This document shows positions 9,174-21,091 of a stretch of 64,000 nucleotides of DNA, piece after piece. Source of the stretch: Octopus sinensis (lineage: Eukaryota). The DNA is taken from assembly GCF_006345805.1 (NCBI RefSeq), contig NC_043023.1, positions 13,702,001 through 13,766,000 of the forward strand, given 5' to 3'. The notes beneath the pieces are model-generated. The model saw only the letters and a program-made list of their open reading frames with translations, was not told where the DNA came from and did no database searches. Each line of letters begins with the position of its first letter. Within the stretch, counting starts at the first letter, position 1. Position numbers and translations under genes: made by a program.

Positions 9174-12100
9174 GGATTACGAAGATGCCTACCAAACCAC
9201 ACAGAAGGGGTCGCAGGAGAAGTGCCACAAAACCGACACCGGAAAAGAGAAAGACGTGCCGCCAGCCGGGTCTACAAACCCCAGGATGTCTAAAAATAGG
9301 GATTTCGACCGAACGTCTCAGAAAAGTTCGACGGGGTCCGGTCATGTGAGACACAGAGGGGATAGCAGTGGGAGCAGTGACTGTATTAAGAGAGGCACGT
9401 CCCACGACCACGAACGGAATACTCGCACGTCAGAATCTTCTAGGATGAGGCACAGGGGCGGCGTCGGTGATGGGAGCTGTGACTCTGCTAATCGGAGGAG
9501 TGCCTCCCGGTCGCGAAGTTCCCGTTCTGCAAGCTGGATGTCGGAGCCTTACATTGACAGTCTTAGAGAGCGTCACCGCTACCATGAACAATCTTCCGGC
9601 ATGGCCACCACTGCTGATCGTCGGTCGGCGAGATCAGTGAGAAGCCCCTGTTATGATCTGAATGAGGGTGATGGAGGAGGTGATGGTGGTCGTGGTGGTG
9701 TCAGTCGAAGGGATTTCCTGGAGAGGCGAAACAGCGAAAAGCATCAATCGCGGGGCCATTACTATCGCCATGGCGATAATTTTGACCGTGACATTCCCCG
9801 TCACGATCGAGATGGCTGGAATGGTTCGAGGTTCTGGAACGAAGATGATTCGGGCAGGTCGAGGTCATCGTATGCAAATGCAGATGTTGACCTGATGAGG
9901 TCGTTGGAGGTCAGAGGTCGAAATTGCGAAGACAGAGGCTCGGGCCAGCAGGGCAGCGAACGCAGAGTTTGGATTAGTGGTCGTCTTGACCATCGTAATA
10001 GCGGTCAAGGACGCGGCTATCAACGAGACGTCCATTCCGACGGTAACTACGAGAAGACGGTTTACTTGTCAAATCCAGATTTGAGCCATTGGGATGAGGC
10101 CGAGTATGATGCCGGTGGTGGTAGTGGTGGTGGTGGTGGCCGGAGGAGAAGGTGGGAGAGAGAAGAGGAAGGGCCGGAACGTGATAGAATTGCCCAGAGG
10201 TTCTCTGAGTCTCCGGGGTCATGTGGCCGTGACAGGTTTGGCAGCGGTGGCTACGATGACTATAATTATGATTATGATGATGATGGTGGTGGTGGTGGTG
10301 GCTGTGGTGGAAGAAGGGGTGTGTTTGACCGACGTGACGGGAAATGGACAGGAGACCGTCGGGACATGTACGAACGACGGAAGGCGAATGACGAGCCGTT
10401 TGTAGCTGTCCACTTAAACAGCGGAAGTGACCGGCTTGCATTCGGGGACAGAGAAAGGGACGGGGAAGAAGAATTAGGGAGAGAGGGAAGATTTCATCAG
10501 GAGAGTAATGAAAGGCGGTATAATCACCCAGATATGGATAATGATTTTCATCCCCATGGGAACAGAAGGGGCCTCGCTTCGTCCCCTTCTACCTACAGCA
10601 ACAACATAACTAGATCCCAGTCTCGGGATTATTATGACAGCAGTAGCCCCCGTCCACCTTTCCATGACAACAGACGGCCGACGACGACGACGACGGGATT
10701 GACCATGAATGCATCAAAATCAGAAATACAGGACTATGAAGGCGACGGTACCCGTCATCGTGGGAAACGTCAAAATATGACCCCCCATCCGTATGGACCA
10801 GATACGAGAACATTCCGGAAAGGCGGTGATCAGGGGACTGCGGGCAACAAAAGCAACAGCAGGAGTTACCATGGTGATAAGGAGTGGTCTGTCAGCTCAA
10901 GGGACACGGAGGAGAGGAAGGTTTTTTTGACGAATTCTGTAAAACGGGGCGGGGAAAATTGCGGTAGGGCCGGCAGCACGGATGGCAGAGGTTGTGGGTT
11001 TGATGTTGGTGGTAGGGATGTAGGTAGATTGGGCCCCAGTGAGAAAGGCCAAACAGGTGGGTTTGGCACAGATGGAAACCGTGAAGCAGGTGGGAGATTC
11101 GGTTCCGACGTGAGGTGTGAGTCAGGCAGGTTCGTTGGTGCAGAGGGCAGGTGTAAAGTGAGTAGATTTGGCAGCGATGGGTGGTCTGAAGGGGCCAGGT
11201 TTGGCGCAGACGAACAGTATTCGTCGGGTAGATTTGGTCCTGATGACGATGAGCATTGTAAAGCAGGTAGATTTAATGCTGATGGAAGTTATGAGGCAGG
11301 TAGACTTGATGTTGATGAAAGGTGTATCGCTGGTAGATTTGATGTTGACGAAAGGTGTGCGACGGGTCTGTTTGACAGTAATGAGAGACCGGCAACAACT
11401 GACGTCAATGACACTGAGAAGAGAGGGCCCAGATCGTCTGGGTGTGACCATGATCCCAGTGCCAGCAGAATCGGTCAAAAAGGTGAAGATGAAAAGAGCA
11501 TGGGTTGTAGGAAGTTTGGCGTTGGGGCAGGTAACTTTGGGAGTTGTAGGGATATCGACAATTCTGCTGCAAATTTCAGAGCTGGGAAATCGTCTAACAG
11601 TAGCGGTAGGTTTGACCGCCATGTCAACAATGACATGCAGGATTGTCAATTAGCATTTGACGTCGACGAGAGGCAGAGATATGCAGCATCGGAGATGGAT
11701 AGAATGCATAATAGGAATTCCGATGGGATGAGATTCAATCGGCATCGTGGTATTGAAGGAGGGAATTCACCCAAGACAGGCCGGACCCTCGAGGAAGGGG
11801 CAAACAACAAAGATGACGGTGGTGGTGGTGATGACGGTGAGATTAACGTCCACGCTGTCAACAGTGGTGGCGACGGTGGTGGTGATGACGGTGGTTACAG
11901 TAACCATGGTGAAAACAGAGATATTGATGATAGGGTTTTTCTCCAGTACAGCAGTAACCATAACAACAACAACAACATGTGGCCAAATGGTCGCAGATAT
12001 AAAAATGGGTCAGTCAATACCCAGCATGGGGGTCACTATAACCAAAATAGGGGGAACTCCAGCAGGGTCTGGAACAGACAGACTGGAAACTCTAATAGCT

Positions 12101-13263
12101 TAGGCTTGAGTGACGCGCCGTTTCAGGGGTCTGAATCTAGGAATAAGGGTTCGAAAAGACAGTTTAATGTTTTATCGGATGGTGGAAAAGGGCCCGGCAT
12201 CGCCGGAAGGTCTCCGTCGTTTGGTGTCTTTGACGCAGATGGCAGAAACAACCGAAAATGATGAGATGGGTGTAGCCGGGTTTAACGAGGAGATTAGCAA
12301 TTCTTTAATTATGAACGCTAACGACATGACGAAGAGCGAGAACATTGGGGGACATCGAGGGGGTCAGTTCCGGCCTGAGAATGTTAGAGGGGGTACAGGG
12401 GATGGAAGTGGGCCTTGCCATGGTGAGCAAACATTACGACGAGATAATAGCACTAACGAGGAGACGAGAATAAATAATGATGATAATAATAAAATAATAA
12501 TAATAATAATATTTCAAGTAATAGTACTGGATTCAGCAACATGAAGCATCACAGAAGGGAGTTTGGAACAGGTGTAGGGCTCACTCCGGGTTTCAAGGGA
12601 GACCGTCCACAATCTCATGGTCATGGGCAAGGCCACACCCACGGTCAGCCCCAACATCAAGGATACCGTCAAGGCCACATTCAACTTCAGCAACCCCTCT
12701 CTCGGGCCCAGGAAGAGCCTGGGGGTCAAAACCCCCCGCATTTCCGGACGGAGAGAAGGGGCAGTGGTGATGGTGGCAGCAGCAGTGGTGGTGCAAGCGG
12801 TGGAGGTGATGGTGGCAACGATGGTGCTGGTGGTTGTGGTGGTGGTGGTCATTTTGCGGATTTCCAACGCCCCTTGCCAGGGATGCCTTCCTCTCCGTAT
12901 CCGTCCGCTGGGCTTTCGGCCCTACACCACCACCGCCACCACCAACAACAGCAGCAGCACCCTGCCTCTACCCGTATGCCGACGCGTGCCTCGCCCCCGG
13001 GCCTGGGGACGTTCCAGCAAGCATTCCCACCCCCTCCTCCCACCGCTGCGACGGCCCTGTTGCCTCCGCCCCCGATCAGGGGTCTCCCAAACGGTCCCTT
13101 CTCCTCAGCGGTGAACCCCAACCCTGGCCTGCACCACCCTCCCCCTCCGCCTCCTCCCTCCATGCCAGTCGGTGTGGTGTGGCCCCTTGTGCCCCTGCCT
13201 CCACCCACAACTCTGCCACTTGTCGATAACGCTTTCTATCAGGCCCCTGCATTTAATAATTGA
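9174..13263 (+). CDS. Giant terminal coding exon (~1,360 codons) of a G/R/D/S-rich intrinsically disordered protein ending in His/Gln/Pro-rich tracts; interrupted by two compensating 1-nt frameshifts (~12255 and ~12492)
   Basis: Acceptor TTACCTTTGTAG| in phase 2 joins AA|G (..QFAK-DYEDAYQ..). ORF 9100-12261 and ORF 12541-13263 are in the same frame and are bridged by protein-like ORF 12110-12544 in the +1 frame. No folded domain recognised. Confidence 0.75.
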
Positions 13264-13267
13264 AAAG

Positions 13268-13384
13268 CATACACACACACAGACAAACAACTTAAACTAT
13301 ACATATATATATATATATATATATAATGTATATTATATATATATATATAATATATATATGTATATATATATTATATATATATAT

Positions 13385-13457
<73 letters not shown>

Positions 13458-13699
13458 ATATTTATATATATATATATAGATATAACAATATATATTATAT
13501 AATATATATATATATATATAATATACATATATATATATATATATACACAATATATATATATATATATATACCCATATATATATATATATAATATACACAT
13601 ATATAGTATTATATATATATACACATATAGATATATATATATAATATATACCACATATATATGTATATATATATTATATATATATATATACATATATAT

Positions 13700-13743
<44 letters not shown>

Positions 13744-13824
13744 TATATATATATATATATATTATATCTATATATATATATATACATAATATATATATAT
13801 ATATAATATATTATCTATATATTG

Positions 13825-13856
<32 letters not shown>

Positions 13857-13930
13857 ATATATATATATATTATATACACATATATATATATATATATCTT
13901 ACACATATATATGTATATATATATATACAC

Positions 13931-13998
<68 letters not shown>

Positions 13999-14332
13999 TA
14001 TATATATTATTTATATTATACATATATATATATATTACACACACATACACACATACATACATACTTGCATAAACAATATATATGTGTGTCCCATTTTTTG
14101 GGCATGGCTGTGTGGTTAGGGAGCTTGCTTCCTAGCTGCATGGTTTCGGGTTCAGTCCCACCTCGTGGCACTTTGGGTAGGTGTCTTCCACTTTAGCCCC
14201 GAGTCGACCGGAGCTTTGTGATGGAATTCGGTAGGCGGAAGTGCTGCCGGTGTGTATGTGTGCTTATTGCTGCTCAGTGCCTCTCCGAAAGAGAGAGAGA
14301 GGGATGTGTGTGTGTGTGTGTGTGTAGATATG

Positions 14333-14363
<31 letters not shown>

Positions 14364-14801
14364 TGATGTATGTATGTATATATATATATATGTGTATGTG
14401 ATATATATGTATATATATGTGTGTGTGTGGTGTGTGTATGTATATATATGTTTGTGTGTGTGTGTGTGTGTATGTGTATGTATATATGTATATATAATAT
14501 GTATATATATATTTGTGTGTATGTATGTATATATATATATATGTGTGTATATATATATATGTTTGTGTGTGTGTGTGTATGTATATATATATTTGTGTGT
14601 GTGTGTGTGTGTATGTATATATGTATATATATATATGTATATATATATTTGGTGTATGTATGTATATATATATATATGTGTATGTATATATATGTTTGTG
14701 TGTGTGTGTGTGTATGTATATATATGTTTGTGTGTTGTGTGTGTATGTATATATATGTTTGTGTGTGTGTGTGTGTATGTATATATGTATATATATATAT
14801 G

Positions 14802-14850
<49 letters not shown>

Positions 14851-15046
14851 GTATATATATATATATATATACACTTGTACAGACTATCACTTACACTGAC
14901 TCACACACACATGCACGCGCACACACGTATACATATGTATGTTGCAAACACACATACACACACCCTCACGCATAAATACACATACTCACATAGATATACA
15001 GCCACATACCCTCAGACACATACTCATGCATAGACACACATGCAGT

Positions 15047-15086
<40 letters not shown>

Positions 15087-15135
15087 CACACACACATACA
15101 CAGATGCACAAGGACACTCACATACATACACACAT
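13268..15135. repeat. Long (AT)n/(GT)n/(AC)n microsatellite field with an embedded SINE head at ~14102-14265
   Basis: Direct inspection; SINE head GGCATGGCTGTGTGGTTAGGGAGCTTGCTTCC...GGTTCAGTCCCAC. Confidence 0.95.
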
Positions 15136-15199
15136 TTTCAGCCCCACCCCCCTCTTTGTTTTGCCTTCATCAATTCTGCTCCATGTCATTACATTTAAC

Positions 15200-15505
15200 A
15201 TCAACACCACCACCACCACCACCACTACCACTACCATCACCACCACTACCACCATCATCCCCACCACCACCATTACTTCCACCACAGTCACCACCTCCAC
15301 CATCACCAGCTCAACTACCACACCCACACTGTTACCATCGCCATCACAACCATCACCAACACCACCACCATCAGCACTACCATCTCTACCACCACCATAA
15401 CTTCCACCATGGTCACCACCTCCACCATCACCAGCTCAACTACCACACCCACACCGTTACCACCACCACCACCATCACCACCACTGCCATTACCATTCCC
15501 TTTTA
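15200..15505. repeat. (ACC/ATC)n low-complexity tract
   Basis: Direct inspection. Confidence 0.9.
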
Positions 15506-15974
15506 ACCCCGAGTACCATCACTGAAGATTTCTTCCCCTCCCTTCCACATCTTTCTGCAAGCATTCAGATTGGGTTTCCACTTTAAGGATTCTTGCCTTC
15601 CTTCCTCTCCCTTTCATTGTTTACAGGGACCTTGTTAAGGGTCACAGGCATTGCTAATCCTAATTCTAACACCTCCCCTTCCAACTGAAAGATATATATG
15701 TGTTGTCTCTTTTATATGTCTCAGTCATTGGAATTCGGGCCATGCTGGGGCACCATTGTAAAAGGATTTTAGTTGAATGAATCGACCCCGTTATTGTTTA
15801 TTTATTTGTTTGTTTTCAATCCTGATACCGTTGCTGAAAACGCAAAGTCACAGGGACATAAATGAACCAACTAAGGAGTGGTCAGCTGACGAAGGACAAA
15901 CACACACACACACACCTGCACATTCTCATGCATACATACATATCTTTCTATCTATCTATGTATCTATCTATCTA

Positions 15975-16008
<34 letters not shown>

Positions 16009-17354
16009 ATACACACATACATATGTATATATGTATGTATGTATATATATATATCCAAAGGATGTGTTATAGTACTATTCTACATGTACAAAAGCAACCA
16101 TGCTAACAATCCAACATATCTTCATCAGCTGCCCCACATATAACATTATGGTTTCGACACACACAAATATATATATATATATATATATATACTCACACAT
16201 ACATTCACACACACACACACACAAATTTACACATACATATATATTTAATTATGTATATACATGCAGGCATGCATACATATATGCATACACAGACGAACAC
16301 ACATGCATATGTATATACAGACACATACACACACCATCATTGTTTAACATGTTTCCCATGCTGGCATGGGTTGGACAGTTCGACTGTGGTCTGATAAGCC
16401 AGGAGACTGCACCATGAAATGAAAGTTTGAAGAATAATGCATATACTTATGTCCTTCTCTTTTAAAACCTTTGTGAACGACGCCTGTAAAAACAACTGCT
16501 TCAAGCTCAAGCTTTGGATTTCATTTCTGGTTCTCGTGATAAGGAAAATAGAGATTAAATAAATCGAAGCATATACCTCGGTAAGCACTCCATGTAATGA
16601 CCCCGGCTAACAAAATGTCAGACCAAGATTATATTTCAAACACATAGGTTGTTTAAACTGTATAGCTGTAAGTCCACTACCAATTAGGAATTCCAAAATT
16701 TGAAATCAATGTATTACACCACACCCCCAAAATCTCTGTCTCCCTCCACCCACCCCACAGACATTTTACAGTCTGTCTTTCATCTTTTTTGTCTTCTCTC
16801 TCTATGGTGGTCTCTTGCTGATCTCATGACCACCTCCACTTAGACATTGTTCTCAACTTATTTATCTCTCATCCTCTTCATTCTCTTCTCTTCCCTTCCT
16901 CTCCAGCCTCTTCCCTCTCTTCTTCATCCTCCTCCCTCCCTGCTTCATTGTCCTCTCTTCCTCTTCATCCTCCTCCCTCCCCGCTTCATCTTTGTCCTCC
17001 CTACCTCTCCGTCCTCCTTTCTTCCAATTCTCCTTCCTCTTCCCTTCCCTCTTCATCCCACTTCTCTCGCCATCCATACTGAGTCCGGCACCCTTTTAAG
17101 GGCTCCACGTCTTATTCCTTCCACCCTTACTAAACCCATTTTCCTTCCTTCTTCCACCTCCTCCCCCTCGTCGCCCCCCACCCTCTGCAGCTAGCCCCAC
17201 TCCTGTCCCATGTCCTGTGTGTTGAGGAGAACATTCACCATGGGCCTTCGGAGCTGGATATGGGGGGTGGAGTGGCAGTTTAGTGGGGTGGTGGTGTCTT
17301 TAAGGGGGCTGCTACAAGTCGTGGGCGCTGCCCCTTCCTCCACATCAAACTAAT

Positions 17355-18515
17355 AAGGTAACCCCACCACCACCACACCAATACCATCGCCTCTACAACT
17401 GCAACCATCACAAACACTACTACTACTACTACAACCAGCTTTAATACCACCATTCCTCTAACTGCTGCTGCTGTTACTACTACTACTACTACTACTACTA
17501 ACATTGCTGTCACCACTACCACCACCATCTCTACCGTGAGCTGAACCACCCCTATCATTATCAACCACGAACAACACCATCATCATCACAACAACCAACA
17601 CCACCACTACAACTACCACCTCCAGCATCTCCGCCACCATCCCGACCACCACCACCTCCAGCTTCCACATCACCACCTTCTCAACCACCCACACCACTAC
17701 CATCTCCATCACAACTTCCACCACCACCTCCAGCATCCTCATCACCTCCTCAACCACCCACACCACTCCACTACCACCTTCTCAACCACCCACCACCACC
17801 TCCAGCATCCTCATCACCACCCACACCACACCATCTCCATCACAACTTCCACCACCACCTTCATCACACCACTATAACTACTGCTACCACCACCACCTCA
17901 ACCACCCACACCGCAATCTCCACCACTACAACTACCACCACCTCCAGCATCCTCAACCACCCTCATCGCCACGGCTACTACCACCACCTCCTGCATCCTC
18001 ATCATCACCTTCTCAACCACCCACACCACTCCACTACCAGCATCTCCATCACAACTTCCACCACCACCTCCAGCATCCTCAACCACCCTCATCGCCATGG
18101 CTACTACCACCACCTCCTGCATCCTCATCATCACCTTCTCAACCACCCACACCACTCCACTACCAGCATCTCCATCACAACTTCCACCACCACCTCCAGC
18201 ATCCTCAACCACCCTCATCGCCACGGCTACTACCACCACCTCCTGCATCCTCATCATCACCTTCTCAACCACCCACACCACTCCACTACCAGCATCTCCA
18301 TCACAACTTCCACCACCACCTCCAACATCCTCAACCACCCTCACAACCACCACCACCAACCAGCACTGCAATAACCATTACCTCCACTACCACACACAGC
18401 GACCACCATCACCAAGCACTCTCGACCACCACCACCACCACAACCACTACCAGTGACCAACATTATTATAACCAGCAACAATACCACTAGCACCACCACC
18501 ACCGCCGCCATCCTT
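17355..18515. repeat. (ACC/ACT)n low-complexity region containing ~3 copies of a 126-bp higher-order unit (~17925-18335)
   Basis: Anchor ATCCTCAACCACCCTCATCGCC at 17949, 18075 and 18201. Confidence 0.9.
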
Positions 18516-18541
18516 ACTGTTCCATGTTATTGTTGCTTGAT

Positions 18542-18591
<50 letters not shown>

Positions 18592-18794
18592 ATATTTTTT
18601 CTGTTATTTTTTCTTCTTTGACTTATTATCTGATTGATAATGTGTATTTGAAGTTGATAATGCTATTTCAAAAACAATGTAAAATTATAATTTTTATTTA
18701 CTCAATTGAAAATTGTATTATATAAACTTTATTATTGCTGTTATCGTTGTCGATGTTGTTGTCGTTATTATCATCATTACTTTTACTCTTTTAC

Positions 18795-19175
18795 TTGTTT
18801 CAGTCGTTTGACTGCGGCCATGCTGGAGCACCGCCTTTTAGTCGAGCAACTCGACCCCGGGACTTATTCTTTTTGTAAGCCAAGTACTTATTCTATCGGT
18901 CTCTTTTGCCGAACCGCTAAGTGACGGGGACGTAAACACACCAGCATCGGTTGTCAAGCGATGATAGGGGGACAAACTTAAGACACACAAACACACACAT
19001 ATATATATATATATACGACAGGCTTCTTTCAGTTTCCGTCTACCAAATCCACTCACACGGCATTGGTCAGCCCGGGGCTATAGCAGAAGACACTTGCCCA
19101 AGATGCCACGCAATAGAACTGAACCCAGAACCATGTGGTTGGTAAGCAAGCTACTTACCACACAGCCACTCCTGC
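18795..19175 (-). mobile_element. Full-length abundant SINE (GGAGTGGCTGTGTGGTAAGTAGCTTGC family), reverse orientation
   Basis: Reverse complement is collinear with the forward copy at 19388-19778, including head, (AT/GT)n middle and ...GCTCCAGCATGGCCGCAGTCAAATGACTGAAAC end. Confidence 0.9.
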
Positions 19176-19217
19176 ACCTCTACTATTATTATTATTGTTA
19201 TCATTATTATTATCATA

Positions 19218-19778
19218 GGCGCAGGAGTGGCTGTGTGGTAAGTAGCTTGCTAACCAACCACATGGATCCGGGTTCAGTCCCACTGCGTGGCATCTTGGGC
19301 AAGTGTCTTCTACTATAGCCCCGGGCTGACCAATGCCTTGTGAGTGGATTTGGTAGACGGAAACTGAAAGAAGCCCATCGTATATAGGCATAGGAGTGGC
19401 TGTGTGGTAAGTAGCTTGCTAACCAACCACATGGTTCCGGGTTCAGTCCCACTGTGAGGCATCTTTGGCAAGTGTCTTCTGCTCTAGCCTCGGGCCGACC
19501 AATGCCTTGTGAGTGGATTTGGTAGACGGAAACTGAAAGAAGCCTCTCGTATATATGTATATATATATATGTGTGTGTGTTGTGTGTCTGTATTTGTCCC
19601 CCTAGCATTGCTTGACAACCGATGCTGGTGTGTTTACGTCCCCGTAACTTAGCGGTTCGGCAAAAGAGACCGATAGAATAAGTACTGGGTTTACAAAGAA
19701 TAAGTCCCGGGGTCGAGTTGCTCGACTAAAGGCAGTGCTCCAGCATGGCCACAGTCAAATGACTGAAACGAGTAAGAG
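19218..19778 (+). mobile_element. One 5' partial (19218-19385) and one full-length (19388-19778) copy of the same SINE, forward orientation
   Basis: Head GGAGTGGCTGTGTGGTAAGTAGCTTGCTAACCAACCACATGG..GGGTTCAGTCCCACTG occurs twice. Further copies or fragments at 22465, 22860, 23955, 25465, 31430, 48390 and 48875. Confidence 0.9.
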
Positions 19779-20039
19779 TTTATTATTATTATTATTATTA
19801 TCATTATTATTATTAAGGCAGCGAGCTGGCAGAATCGTTAGCACTCTGGACGAAATTCTGAGTAGTATTTCGCCCAACGCTATGTTCTGAGTTCAAATCC
19901 CGCCAAGGTTGACTTTGCCTTTCGTCCCTTTGGGGTCGATTAAATAGGTACTAGTTATGCACTGGGGTCGATGTAATCGACTTAATCTCCACCCTCCAAA
20001 ATTTCAGGCCTTGTGCCTATAGTAGAAAGGATTATTATT

Positions 20040-20528
20040 GAGTGAGAGAGCAGTGCATGCCATCAAAGTGACACTGGGGTAAAATATACGAAGCCCAGTA
20101 TACCCATCAGGACTACCCGTCTGATAAGGGTACACCAGGCACTTGCATCACAACCATGTGTGCGCGACATGGTGATCTCATATCAAGATAAACAACACAT
20201 GACCTTGCAGGTGGGGCCCAGTTGGAATTTTCTTCAGGTCGAGTAACCCATCCCACTGAAAAGGTCCCTGTATAAGGGTTGTTTAAGGATGTTGAATAAA
20301 ATACTGACGTTTCCAGAGGTGACTTATCCAAACCCCAAAGAATTCCTCTCAACACATGGCTATGATGCTCCCCCACTAATTCTGCCCGTGATCTGAGATG
20401 CACATATCGTTAGCCACTAAGGGACATGCTCGACTGGTTAAGGTCAACCAACTGACAAGCAAATCTGTGGTATTGAGCAGAATATTTGCTGTAGCCCATC
20501 TCTTATACCAAGACAAAACAATGTACAA
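20040..20528. mobile_element. Interspersed repeat (GAGTGAGAGAGCAGTGCATGCCATCAAAGTGACACTGGGG... family), class uncertain
   Basis: Recognised from memory as a common octopod repeat; only one copy in this window, no coding capacity seen. Confidence 0.45.
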
Positions 20529-20536
20529 GTTAAGCT

Positions 20537-21088
20537 ACTATAAATCGGCACAAACTTTCCGGACAACCCAATAGAAAGGATTATTATTTAAAAGCTACAC
20601 TCCATACAGACCTTCAAGTTAGCTACTGTGGAGGGCTAATTAAGCCTATGGTCCTAAACTAAGTAGAGCTAATTAGCACGGCTATAATATATCTATACTG
20701 ACTTCATGCCCTGGTGGTGTTTGAGCAGCGGTTAAGGTTAGATGAGAATCTTTTCTGTAATGTAGTCATTCTATTTTCCTAAGTTCAATTCCAACTGTTG
20801 GCCAGTTTGCCCCGGAGTTCACATCTCAATGTAAAATTAACGAGGTGAATGTCATTTATCTCACCTTTCATCTGACAAACGCCTACCGAGATGGTGTGAA
20901 TCAACCAAGATTTACCTGCTAGAAACAGCAGCCCAGATGCTTTTAAATCAGATCCCAAATGAAGGGCAGATTTCCAACCCCGGGATCATCCTGATTCCAA
21001 AAACGTAAAATGTCTGTGTAGAACAAATGTAGACTGAGATACAGGGGTCCCAGACGGACAGACAGACTCTCGCTTTTATTAATATAGA
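20537..21088 (-). mobile_element. Probable non-autonomous Helitron-type element (5' end clear, 3' end uncertain)
   Basis: Minus-strand start TCTATATTAATAAAAGCGAGAGTCTGTCTGTCCGTCTG is the typical Helitron/HINE 5' signature. Confidence 0.5.
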
Positions 21089-21091
21089 TTA

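Noticed and set aside
12253-12544. Programmed ribosomal frameshifting or stop-restart as the primary explanation
   Set aside because: It would need two independent recoding events; both breaks fall in an A-run and an (AAT)n tract, and nearby arrays show frequent 1-nt indels typical of long-read error. Kept only as an alternative.
9662-13290. Alternative-frame and antisense ORFs overlapping the giant exon
   Set aside because: Expected shadows of GGT/GAT/CCT-rich coding sequence; only 12110-12544 is used, as the frameshift bridge.
13172-15400. Many Y/I/H/T/C/V-rich ORFs
   Set aside because: Dinucleotide microsatellite artefacts; the same applies to 55422-55961 and 57476-58196.
15118-18456. 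Thr-rich mucin-like or Val-rich ORFs
   Set aside because: (ACC)n low-complexity DNA is open in several frames on both strands; no splice-consistent gene model.
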